From positions 1 to 34,504 of IMG/VR virus record IMGVR_UViG_3300027297_000001: DNA of 34,504 bases. One strand, given 5' to 3'. The translations under genes were made by a program, and so were the position numbers. A model generated the notes under the pieces. That model ran no database searches, was not told the origin of the DNA, and worked only from the letters and a program-made list of their open reading frames with translations. This document shows positions 1-6,992 of the stretch, piece by piece. The first letter of the stretch is position 1; the number at the start of each line of letters is the position of its first letter. The stretch is from a virus.

Positions 1-99
1 AGCATGCGCTCCGGTGCCTGCAACTGCGCCGATTGCTGCATGCTCGTCATTTGCAGGGTTTTCGTCACGGTCGCGCCGCCGGTGATGGTGAATGGATTG
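1..99. repeat. Terminal direct repeat; identical to 34406-34504 (overlap of a circular assembly)
   Basis: Read directly: agcatgcgctccggtgcctgcaact...ggtgatggtgaatggattg is present at both window ends, so unique length is 34405 bp. Confidence 0.9.
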
Positions 100-296
100 T
101 TCTGCGGGATCGTGAAGAGGACTTGCTTCACGACGGCCGTGGAAACTGCCACTCCGTAATAATCCCATTCCGGTTGCACGACGAAATCGCCGAGGCCCGC
201 CGCCAGCATGTTACGCAGGCGGAATTTGGGCCGCCCGATTTCGTGCGCCGAAAGTTCCTGCAAATGCGAAAAGCATTTTGCATTGAGATGTTTCAT
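1..296 (-). CDS. Capsid-like beta-rich structural protein, N-terminal part (gene crosses the circular junction and continues 34405->33940; 253 aa in total)
   Basis: ATG at 294-296 (minus) with SD AAAGGAG about 9 nt upstream. It is in frame with ORF 33940..34473 through the 99-nt overlap (296-68=228 nt). N-terminus reads MKHLNAKCFSHLQELSAHEIGRPKFRLRNMLAAGLGDFVVQPEWDYYGVAV. Confidence 0.65.
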   Translation of the reverse strand, partial: MKHLNAKCFSHLQELSAHEIGRPKFRLRNMLAAGLGDFVVQPEWDYYGVAVSTAVVKQVLFTIPQNNPFTITGGATVTKTLQMTSMQQSAQLQAPERM

Positions 297-362
297 TGTT
301 CGGTGCTCCTTTCTCCCGGCCCGTAGCCGGGGACGTTGTTACTGCATGAAAGTGCATCGCCG

Positions 363-854
363 CTAGGACACGTATTTGCTATACGCGCGCCGCGGGCCGT
401 ACATGCCCATCGCGGACGTGGCCGCCGCAGGCGCCGCCGATTTTCCGGGCGACGTCTTGGAAGCCGATGCCGCGATGGCCGGGGCCTGTTGCTGATACGC
501 CGGAGTGGGGATCGTGAAATTTAACGGTCCATACTGGCCGAGCGTGAGCGACTTCCCGGTTGCCACGTTGACCGCGCGGGAAACCGCATTGACCGAACCG
601 CCGATCAACACGCCTTCCGCAAGGTCGGCACTCATTCCTTTGATCAGGAATGCGCCGCCGAACGCGACGACCAGAGCGGCAAACACTCCGGCCCATCCCG
701 TGCTGAACGATGGAGCGACCATGCCCGGCAAGGTTCCGGCCGCCAGCGCCCCGCCGACCGCGCCCGCCACTTTGACGGCGAGTTTGTTCATATCGCCGGC
801 GCCGAACGGGTTGTGACGACGGAACGGGTGAAACCCTTTTTTGTGATGCGCCAT
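363..854 (-). CDS. Gly/Ala-rich small membrane protein (163 aa)
   Basis: ATG 852-854 lies directly behind a strong SD AAGGAGGA. N-terminus MAHHKKGFHPFRRHNPFGAG is followed by glycine-zipper-like hydrophobic stretches (AVKVAGAVGGALAAG, GWAGVFAALVVAFGGAFLI). The longer start at 944 is not supported. Confidence 0.7.
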   Translation of the reverse strand: MAHHKKGFHPFRRHNPFGAGDMNKLAVKVAGAVGGALAAGTLPGMVAPSFSTGWAGVFAALVVAFGGAFLIKGMSADLAEGVLIGGSVNAVSRAVNVATGKSLTLGQYGPLNFTIPTPAYQQQAPAIAASASKTSPGKSAAPAAATSAMGMYGPRRAYSKYVS

Positions 855-945
855 AAATCCTCCTTCCCCGCCGTCTTTGTCCCCATGAATCCGACGACGC
901 CGGCGAGCGTCATACGTGGGATTGACAAGTCTGACGAGTTGCATA

Positions 946-1647
946 TCAGCCTTTCAAACTTGCGGACGCGGTAGCGTCCAGATTGAAATGATCCGAGATG
1001 TCGTAGCGCCCGCCTTTGAAAAGGCATTCGCCCGAGTACGGATCCACCAGCAAAGCCATTTTCGTATCGTCCCAGCTGCTCATGGACGAAATCGGCATTT
1101 TGTGGCTGCCGAGGGAGGCCCAATTCGCCGCGCCCACCGCCGTGACGACGATGATTTGCGCGATGGGATGGAACACCAGAAAATTCCTGAACTTCGCCGA
1201 GGCGATCATTTCGAGGCGCTGCCGGCGCTTCGGCGCCTCGCGCGGCGCTTCGTCCGGCGCCAGATGGCTTTGCCCGCATCGGTCCACCTTGAAAGGATTT
1301 TTCACCGGCCGCGTGGGATCCGGCACGTCCGGCATGGCCGCATAGCCGCGCCGCAGCGGCAAGCGCGACACGATCAAAAGATCGCCTTCGGGGATCGATC
1401 GCGCGATCGCCGGACCGTGATCCGGCCAGTACAGCCGGCGGCCCACTTTTTCCGCGTCCTCGAGCGGCATCTTGCAGCCGTCGTCCGGTTCGAAATAAAT
1501 CGTTTCGATCATGCCGAACACCTGGTAGCCGCGCCCTGGACCAGCGGCGGTTCGTTCGCGCTTGATTTTCACAGACAGATCGAAATCCATATCGGCCGTT
1601 TTCACGGTGTGGACTTTGATCACTTCGGGATTTGCGGCTGCAAGCAT
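946..1647 (-). CDS. Hypothetical protein (233 aa)
   Basis: ATG 1645-1647 behind a purine-rich tract AAGGGAAGGGAAGAG. The ORF is long with normal amino-acid composition. No family recognised. Confidence 0.65.
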   Translation of the reverse strand: MLAAANPEVIKVHTVKTADMDFDLSVKIKRERTAAGPGRGYQVFGMIETIYFEPDDGCKMPLEDAEKVGRRLYWPDHGPAIARSIPEGDLLIVSRLPLRRGYAAMPDVPDPTRPVKNPFKVDRCGQSHLAPDEAPREAPKRRQRLEMIASAKFRNFLVFHPIAQIIVVTAVGAANWASLGSHKMPISSMSSWDDTKMALLVDPYSGECLFKGGRYDISDHFNLDATASASLKG

Positions 1648-1746
1648 TCGTCTCTTCCCTTCCCTTTTATGACTGGCAGCGGTGCGCGCCGTCTACACGG
1701 CTTGCCCTTCGCGCACCGCCCCAGCCTCGTCGTCGGGGGTTGTCTC

Positions 1747-2538
1747 TCAATTTTCGATCCCGCGTTCCGTCACGCGATATTCGCCGCCCGAAAGGTAAAG
1801 CCGAGGCTGCGCGCCTCGGCAGTCGTACATCAGGCGCGGGCGCACATCGGTTTCCTCGCCGAATTTGTGTTCGTACGTGGCCGTCTTCCCGTCCACTTGC
1901 GCTTTCTTCGTGCGGTAGGCGATCGCCATCGCTTCGCCCAGGTCGATCAATTCCTTCGAATTGTCCGCGCCGGTGAGGGAAAGTTCGCCGCGCGAAACTT
2001 TCTGATTGCCGCCTACGAAATAAATCTGCGTTCCCGCCACGTTTTGCGCCACGCGCACGTTTCGTCCGGTGAAATCGAACACCGCCCATTTCCATCCGGT
2101 CGGCCGCTTGATTTGCAATTCGATCAGATCGCCGATTTCAGAAAGCGTCACGGGCCGCGGGGTCGGTTCGCGGTACTCGTCGATGTGCCCGGATGGCGCG
2201 CCGTGAAATTCCCGGTACGCGTCGGACGCTTCCTCGAGTCCGCCGCTGGAATTCGAGAGCCGCGCCCCGCGAATGCGCGCCGCGCGTTCGCGGGTTTCCT
2301 TTTTCCGCTGCGCCGTTTCCGATGGATTCGCCATCATCACCACAAGCTCGGCGGGATTCGAAAGACGGCAGGGATTTTCGTGTAGTGGATGAAGCACTTC
2401 CACTACGCGCCCGGACCCTTTGTGCCGTCTGCCGGGCGGAAACGCGATGCGCACGCGGTGCCCTCCGCGCGAAACGGTCCGCACCTTTTCGCCACTTTGG
2501 ACCGTGGAGTAGTGCTCGACTCTGAATTGTCCCGCCAT
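1747..2538 (-). CDS. Hypothetical structural-module protein (263 aa)
   Basis: ATG 2536-2538, 4 nt after the stop of the upstream gene. Balanced composition. No family recognised with confidence. Confidence 0.65.
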   Translation of the reverse strand: MAGQFRVEHYSTVQSGEKVRTVSRGGHRVRIAFPPGRRHKGSGRVVEVLHPLHENPCRLSNPAELVVMMANPSETAQRKKETRERAARIRGARLSNSSGGLEEASDAYREFHGAPSGHIDEYREPTPRPVTLSEIGDLIELQIKRPTGWKWAVFDFTGRNVRVAQNVAGTQIYFVGGNQKVSRGELSLTGADNSKELIDLGEAMAIAYRTKKAQVDGKTATYEHKFGEETDVRPRLMYDCRGAQPRLYLSGGEYRVTERGIEN

Positions 2539-2542
2539 GCGC

Positions 2543-3391
2543 CTATCTTTTCTTCCCCGTCAAATTATTCAGCAAAATCAAGCCGCCCAGCACGATCCCG
2601 ATATTTAGCGCGTTGTTTTCCAGGAACGATGTGATGTCCGTGGAAGAGGCCGATGCGGCCGCCGCGCTCGCGGTGCCAGGCGTCGAAACGATGGAAAGAT
2701 TCGACGTGCTCACGTTGTTTCCCACGATGCTCTGCATCGTTCCATCGCATACCGATTTCGCGTCACTAAGAAGCGCGTTACCGATCGAATCCAGAATCGT
2801 GAATTGGAAAGTGATCGCCGCGCCTGTGCCGAAAACGGCGTTGAGCACCGTTTCATTGTTGCTGGACGAAAGAACCGACATTCCATGCGCGTTCAGTTGC
2901 GACGCGAATTGAGACATCGCCGAGGTCGGAGAAACCGTCAAATCCCCAGGCCCGCCCACTACCGTGCAAACGTAAAGAAGAGTGCTTCCGCTCGGAACTT
3001 GCGCGGGCGCGCTCACGCTGGATGTAACCGTCGACGCCGGTGCAAGGGGAAGTGAACCGCCGGACGCCGCCGATCCCGCTGGAATCGTTGCGCCGTACTG
3101 CGCGTACAGCTGGGTGAGCGTGATATTTCCGTTAATCAAATTCGTCAAATCCTGATCCGTCGCGCCGAGCGAGTTGAGCAAATCAAGATCGCTTTGCGTG
3201 CACACTCCGGCAGCGAGCGCCGCTTCCTCTTCGGAAGAGGAAAACGATCCGAGCGTGATCGCGCCTGGCGCGTATCCCATGTGCGCCACGTAGCTGAGAG
3301 AGTGACCGCCTTTCAGATGAAACGCCCCGGACGAATAGCCCATGCCCGGGCGAAGCGAAGGCGCTCCGAATGCTCGATTGGGAAAAATCAT
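2543..3391 (-). CDS. C-terminally anchored Ser/Thr/Ala/Gly-rich membrane protein (282 aa), member of the paralog run
   Basis: The start MIFPNRAFG forms an ATGA overlap with the upstream stop (3388-3391). The C-terminus ...TSFLENNALNIGIVLGGLILLNNLTGKKR is a TM helix plus basic tail. The 28-codon N-terminal extension of the track ORF is rejected. Confidence 0.7.
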   Translation of the reverse strand: MIFPNRAFGAPSLRPGMGYSSGAFHLKGGHSLSYVAHMGYAPGAITLGSFSSSEEEAALAAGVCTQSDLDLLNSLGATDQDLTNLINGNITLTQLYAQYGATIPAGSAASGGSLPLAPASTVTSSVSAPAQVPSGSTLLYVCTVVGGPGDLTVSPTSAMSQFASQLNAHGMSVLSSSNNETVLNAVFGTGAAITFQFTILDSIGNALLSDAKSVCDGTMQSIVGNNVSTSNLSIVSTPGTASAAAASASSTDITSFLENNALNIGIVLGGLILLNNLTGKKR

Positions 3392-4026
3392 CGGCGTTTC
3401 TTTCCACCACCTAGAAGTAAAAACAATCCGATCGCGCCGCCGGCAAAGACCGCTCCGTTCGGCACGCCGGCCCACACCGTTTCCTCGCCCAGCCAGGTCA
3501 TGAAGCCGGAAAAGCTGTCCGTGGCCGGCGCGGCGGCGCTGGCCGCGGCGACCTGCGCCGTCGTTGGCGCGGGAATTCCGGTGATCAAATCCCCCTGCGC
3601 GGCGAGGGCCGAGCCTTGCGTCGTCAGTTCGTTCGTGCTGGTGATCAGCGCGCCGGAATTTTGCAGCGTTTGCGCGTCCGGCGTCAGTTGCCCGGAATAG
3701 GAAAGCCCCGTCGCCGGATCGACGACGTTCGTGATCATCGAAGGCGCGGAAACATCAACGACTGATCCCGTACTGGACGAACCGCCGCCGGATGAACCGC
3801 TTCCCGATGAACTTCCAGACGCCGGCGAGGAAGCTACTCCGCTGGACGCGGGAACCGTGGGCGGCGTTGGTTCAGCGGCCGTCTCCACTGGCGCGGGCGG
3901 ATTGGAAGTAAACACGCGCGCGATGATCGGCGCTGTCGGGCGATATCCCGGCCCGATGATCGGCGCTGCAGTGTCGCCAGAGGCGTGCACGCTTTCTCCC
4001 ATGAACGGTGTGTTCCAGGCGATCAT
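3388..4026 (-). CDS. C-terminally anchored Ser/Gly/Thr-rich membrane protein (212 aa), paralog run
   Basis: The start MIAWNTPF forms an ATGA overlap (4023-4026). The C-terminus is FMTWLGEETVWAGVPNGAVFAGGAIGLFLLLGGGKKRR. The pre-anchor segment QLTPDAQTLQNSGALITSTNELTTQGSALAAQGDL resembles that of the next paralog. Confidence 0.7.
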   Translation of the reverse strand: MIAWNTPFMGESVHASGDTAAPIIGPGYRPTAPIIARVFTSNPPAPVETAAEPTPPTVPASSGVASSPASGSSSGSGSSGGGSSSTGSVVDVSAPSMITNVVDPATGLSYSGQLTPDAQTLQNSGALITSTNELTTQGSALAAQGDLITGIPAPTTAQVAAASAAAPATDSFSGFMTWLGEETVWAGVPNGAVFAGGAIGLFLLLGGGKKRR

Positions 4027-4733
4027 CGGCGCTTCTTTCCGCCCTGCAGGAGCACCGGAATAATCGCCACGGCCAGGATCCCGATTCCCACCACGCCGAT
4101 GTTGGGAATCCCCGGGATCAAATTCGCGGCGGACATCCAACTGGTAAGCGAAGTCAACGGATTCGTCGTTGGCGGCGCGGCGTAAAGATTGCCGGCGCTC
4201 AAAAGCGCCTGCCCCTGCGCCGTAAGTTTTCCCGCCGCCGTCACCAGTTGGCCGGACGCGTTGAGGGCCTGCGCCGCGGCCGTCAAATTGTTCGTCTGGA
4301 TCGTGGAAGTCACGCCGCTATTCGGATCGGTGAGCGTCACCGTGCCTTGCGTGGCCGTGGTGTCCAGGTTCGCGGTCGCCGCGCCCGTGGTCGCGCCGGT
4401 TACTTCCTGCGCGGTTGCGTAGGGAACGCTCTGCCCCGTCTGAATGTTCGTATACGTCCCATCGCCGTTGCTCACAAATTCCGTGCCCACCGTCGACGGA
4501 TACATCGATTCAATCGATGGCGAAACCACGTTCGTCGGCGGCAGCGTGGATAAATCGATAGGCGTGCTCGTATCGATCGGAGCGCCGGTGTCGATGATCG
4601 GAGTCGAATCGTAAGTCGGCGTCGTGTCAAACTCCGATGGATCCTGGCCGAGCCCGCGCATGCCGCAGCAACGCTTTCCGTTCGGGGCAACGGTCAGTCC
4701 GGGAAGCGGCGAATCCATTTGCGCGTAGGCCAT
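4023..4733 (-). CDS. C-terminally anchored Thr/Ala-rich membrane protein (236 aa) with MAYA leader-like N-terminus
   Basis: The start MAYAQMDSPLPG overlaps the upstream stop by 1 nt (TGATG at 4731-4735). Motif M-R-G-L-G lies at 4647-4661. The C-terminus is TSWMSAANLIPGIPNIGVVGIGILAVAIIPVLLQGGKKRR. Confidence 0.7.
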   Translation of the reverse strand: MAYAQMDSPLPGLTVAPNGKRCCGMRGLGQDPSEFDTTPTYDSTPIIDTGAPIDTSTPIDLSTLPPTNVVSPSIESMYPSTVGTEFVSNGDGTYTNIQTGQSVPYATAQEVTGATTGAATANLDTTATQGTVTLTDPNSGVTSTIQTNNLTAAAQALNASGQLVTAAGKLTAQGQALLSAGNLYAAPPTTNPLTSLTSWMSAANLIPGIPNIGVVGIGILAVAIIPVLLQGGKKRR

Positions 4734-5071
4734 CAGCGTTTCCGTCCCCATCCCTTGACCGCGATCAGCGCCAGGAAAGCGCCGCCGATCGCGAAAATGG
4801 AATTCGGCATTCCCGGCACATACGAAGATTGGCCAAGCCAGGTGAGCATTTCGTCCCACAAACTCGTTTGCGTCGGCGTCGTCGCGGAACTGATTTCAAA
4901 CTGTCCGCCTGGCCCGATCGTAAAAGTCGTGAGCGGGACATCGCCTATTCCGCGAAAGTTCGGATTGAGGCCCGCGCTCACCTTCGTCGAAAGCGGCGCG
5001 TACGATCCCATGCCGCGCAAATTCGGATGCAGCCCGGAAGTGTTTCGCGTAGTCAAGCGAGCGTAAGCCAT
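4733..5071 (-). CDS. Small C-terminally anchored membrane protein (112 aa) with duplicated leader-like motif
   Basis: ATG 5069-5071 behind SD AAGGAA. N-terminus MAYARLTTRNTSGLHPNLRGMG is followed by a second copy, GLNPNFRGIG. The C-terminus is LTWLGQSSYVPGMPNSIFAIGGAFLALIAVKGWGRKR. Confidence 0.7.
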   Translation of the reverse strand: MAYARLTTRNTSGLHPNLRGMGSYAPLSTKVSAGLNPNFRGIGDVPLTTFTIGPGGQFEISSATTPTQTSLWDEMLTWLGQSSYVPGMPNSIFAIGGAFLALIAVKGWGRKR

Positions 5072-5099
5072 CAGTTTTTTCCGTTCCTTGCCGGACTCA

Positions 5100-6029
5100 T
5101 CACAGCACCGCCAACGCGCCGATGATCGCCAACGCAACCCACGCCAGCGGCGGAACCGAAGCCAATCCGCTGCCGGGAACGCCGGGCGCGATCACCGAAT
5201 TGCCGGGCGCGGGAGTCGTGCCGCTCGAGGCGGCGGCCGCTTGCTGCGCTTCCGCCGCTTGCTGTTCGGCGATGGCCGCGTATTGCGCCTGCCAGTACAG
5301 CACCATCGCGTACAGAATCACGCTCATTTCGCAGTTACTATTGCAGTACGGGGAATCGTTGATAGACGTTCCCCCGCTGGGAATCGATCCCGGACCGGAC
5401 GCCGTTCCCGATGCCCCGCCTTGCTGCATGAACGTTTCGTACACCTGCAACAGCGCGGCTTGCGCCGTCGCCGGCGTCATTTGCCCGCCCTGGACGGCCT
5501 GTGCGATCAGCGAAAACGAATTGTTTACCGCCGGAAGCGCGGCGCATCCGAAACTCAGGTCGCGTTTCACGGCGGCCGCATGGTGAGCGAAAATCAATTC
5601 GATCACGGCAAAGATCGCGCCGATCCCCATCGTCACCGCGCCGGCGATCGCCGCCGTGGACGCCGCGATTACGGACGTCGAGGCGAGGATCCCGATTCCA
5701 GCCGAGGATGTGCCGAGCGCGAGGCCGCTGGCCGTCTGAAAAAGATTTACGTTCGATGGAGCGGTGCCGCAGGAAGGCGAATACCATCCCACATTGAATT
5801 GCCCGGCCGAAATTTGGTTTTCCGCCTCGGTGAGCCAGGATTGATCCCCGAAATCTTTCGGATTCAGGTGCGCGCCGGCATAGGCCGTGATGGCTTGCTG
5901 CATCGCCGCCTGCGCCGTGAGCGAGGCGGTCTGGCCAAGCATGCCGAGGCCGCGCAGCCTGCGTATGCCACGCAAGTTGGGATGCAGCCCCGAAGTGTTC
6001 GCGGTTCGTAGCATCGCGTACGCCATCAT
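5100..6029 (-). CDS. Multi-pass membrane protein (309 aa) with MAYA...NTSGLHPNLRG leader-like N-terminus
   Basis: The start MMAYAMLRTANTSGLHPNLRGIRRLRGLG forms an ATGA overlap with the stop of the protease gene (6026-6029). There are several hydrophobic segments (GIGILASTSVIAASTAAIAGAVTMGIGAIFAVIELIF; C-terminal PPLAWVALAIIGALAVL). The 130-codon upstream extension of the track ORF is rejected. Confidence 0.7.
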   Translation of the reverse strand: MMAYAMLRTANTSGLHPNLRGIRRLRGLGMLGQTASLTAQAAMQQAITAYAGAHLNPKDFGDQSWLTEAENQISAGQFNVGWYSPSCGTAPSNVNLFQTASGLALGTSSAGIGILASTSVIAASTAAIAGAVTMGIGAIFAVIELIFAHHAAAVKRDLSFGCAALPAVNNSFSLIAQAVQGGQMTPATAQAALLQVYETFMQQGGASGTASGPGSIPSGGTSINDSPYCNSNCEMSVILYAMVLYWQAQYAAIAEQQAAEAQQAAAASSGTTPAPGNSVIAPGVPGSGLASVPPLAWVALAIIGALAVL

Positions 6030-6832
6030 GCCGCCGCCATCCACAGCAAAGCGCCAAGCAAAATCACGCCGAAGATTTCCATTTCCTGCGTTGCGGCCGG
6101 AGTGGCCGCGGTCGATGGATTCAACAGCGTTGCGCCGCCCGGCCCCTGCGCGCCCGTATTCGCCGCCTGGACCAGTTGCCCGCCCACGGCCGTCAATCCC
6201 TGGCCGGCAATTTCCAAGCCGCTTGCCACCTGGCCGAGTCCGCGCACGCCGCGGCGCGCATAGCCGGCCATTCCCGCATCGCTCGAATAATCTCCGTGCG
6301 AATCGTCGATCAGGCTCCACCATTTGCGCCGATAGAAATGCGCCGGCGCCACTCCAAACACGGCGCCGGGCCGGGCCGCATCCAGCGGATACCACTGGCC
6401 ATCCTGAAAAACTTCGCAATAGACGTGGGAAAAAGAATCGGGCGCGTTCGGATCGCAGGCGATGGTGACGAGCCGCGTTTCGTAACCGATGGTGCCGAGC
6501 AAGGCGGGAAGGACGTTCGCATTGATATCGTCGCAGTCACCGGCATGCAACTGTAAAAGTTCCCGCGTGGGCCGCAGGGCTTCTTTCATCACCGGATCGT
6601 TCACGAAATAAAACGAATGCGCGAAATCGTAGATCGCGTGAATTTGTCCCCATGCATCGTACGGCGCGACGCCGGCGTTGCGGACGATATCGATCGCTGT
6701 GCGGTTGACGAACGGATCTTTCCAAGCATCGTCGACGAGGCGGCGCAAAAGTGAAATCGTTTGCGCCGTTCCATCGTCGCCGCCGGCAAGCGGGACGGAA
6801 TAAATCAGGCCAGGGGTCGCGTGGATTGCCAC
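6026..6832 (-). CDS. Transglutaminase-like cysteine protease domain protein with C-terminal TM anchor (268 aa)
   Basis: Cys-His-Asp core pattern of the transglutaminase-like superfamily: HAGDCDDINANVLPALLGTIGYETRLV ... FSHVYCEVFQDGQWYPLDAA. The C-terminal hydrophobic helix is MEIFGVILLGALLWMAAA. The start is GTG (6830-6832) and is the first gene after the divergent control region. Confidence 0.75.
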   Translation of the reverse strand: MAIHATPGLIYSVPLAGGDDGTAQTISLLRRLVDDAWKDPFVNRTAIDIVRNAGVAPYDAWGQIHAIYDFAHSFYFVNDPVMKEALRPTRELLQLHAGDCDDINANVLPALLGTIGYETRLVTIACDPNAPDSFSHVYCEVFQDGQWYPLDAARPGAVFGVAPAHFYRRKWWSLIDDSHGDYSSDAGMAGYARRGVRGLGQVASGLEIAGQGLTAVGGQLVQAANTGAQGPGGATLLNPSTAATPAATQEMEIFGVILLGALLWMAAA

Positions 6833-6850
6833 GGGCGCAATCTGCGCGCA

Positions 6851-6896
6851 GTGACATTTTTTGTCAATGATCGCTATTGTTGACGTTTTTTGTCAC
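6851..6896. promoter_or_regulatory. Two TGACA-N5-TGTCA inverted-repeat operator-like sites in the divergent control region
   Basis: gTGACAtttttTGTCAa (6851-6867) and tTGACGtttttTGTCAc (6880-6896). The same half-site architecture recurs at 10668-10700. Confidence 0.55.
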
Positions 6897-6922
6897 AGTT
6901 GGTTCCTATCCCTTGCATTCCA

Positions 6923-6952
6923 TTGACAATAGCTCGCAAACGAAGCTACTCT
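6923..6952 (+). promoter_or_regulatory. Sigma70-like promoter candidate for the plus arm
   Basis: TTGACA (6923-6928), 18-nt spacer, TACTCT (6947-6952), about 40 nt upstream of ATG 6993. Confidence 0.4.
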
Positions 6953-6992
6953 CTCCCCCGTTCGCATCCTACAGACGGAGATTCGTGACTCT

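Noticed and set aside
916-2385. 489-aa plus-strand ORF, the longest ORF in this region
   Set aside because: It is antisense to two well-formed minus-strand genes. The composition is Arg/His/Gly/Phe-heavy with no recognisable motif, which is typical of a GC-rich shadow ORF.
2543-5071. C-terminal anchors as PEP-CTERM/exosortase sorting signals
   Set aside because: The layout (motif + TM + basic tail) is similar, but the motif is PG(I/M)PN rather than PEP, and no exosortase-like gene is present. I therefore keep it as an unclassified anchor.
6030-6419. 130-codon N-terminal extension of ORF 5100..6419 (and similar extensions of ORFs ending at 5137, 4859, 4140, 3475, 944, 33179)
   Set aside because: The extensions overlap the preceding gene out of frame and are Arg/Gly-rich. 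Internal ATGs coincide with ATGA/TGATG coupling or strong SD sites and with the conserved MAYA-type N-termini.
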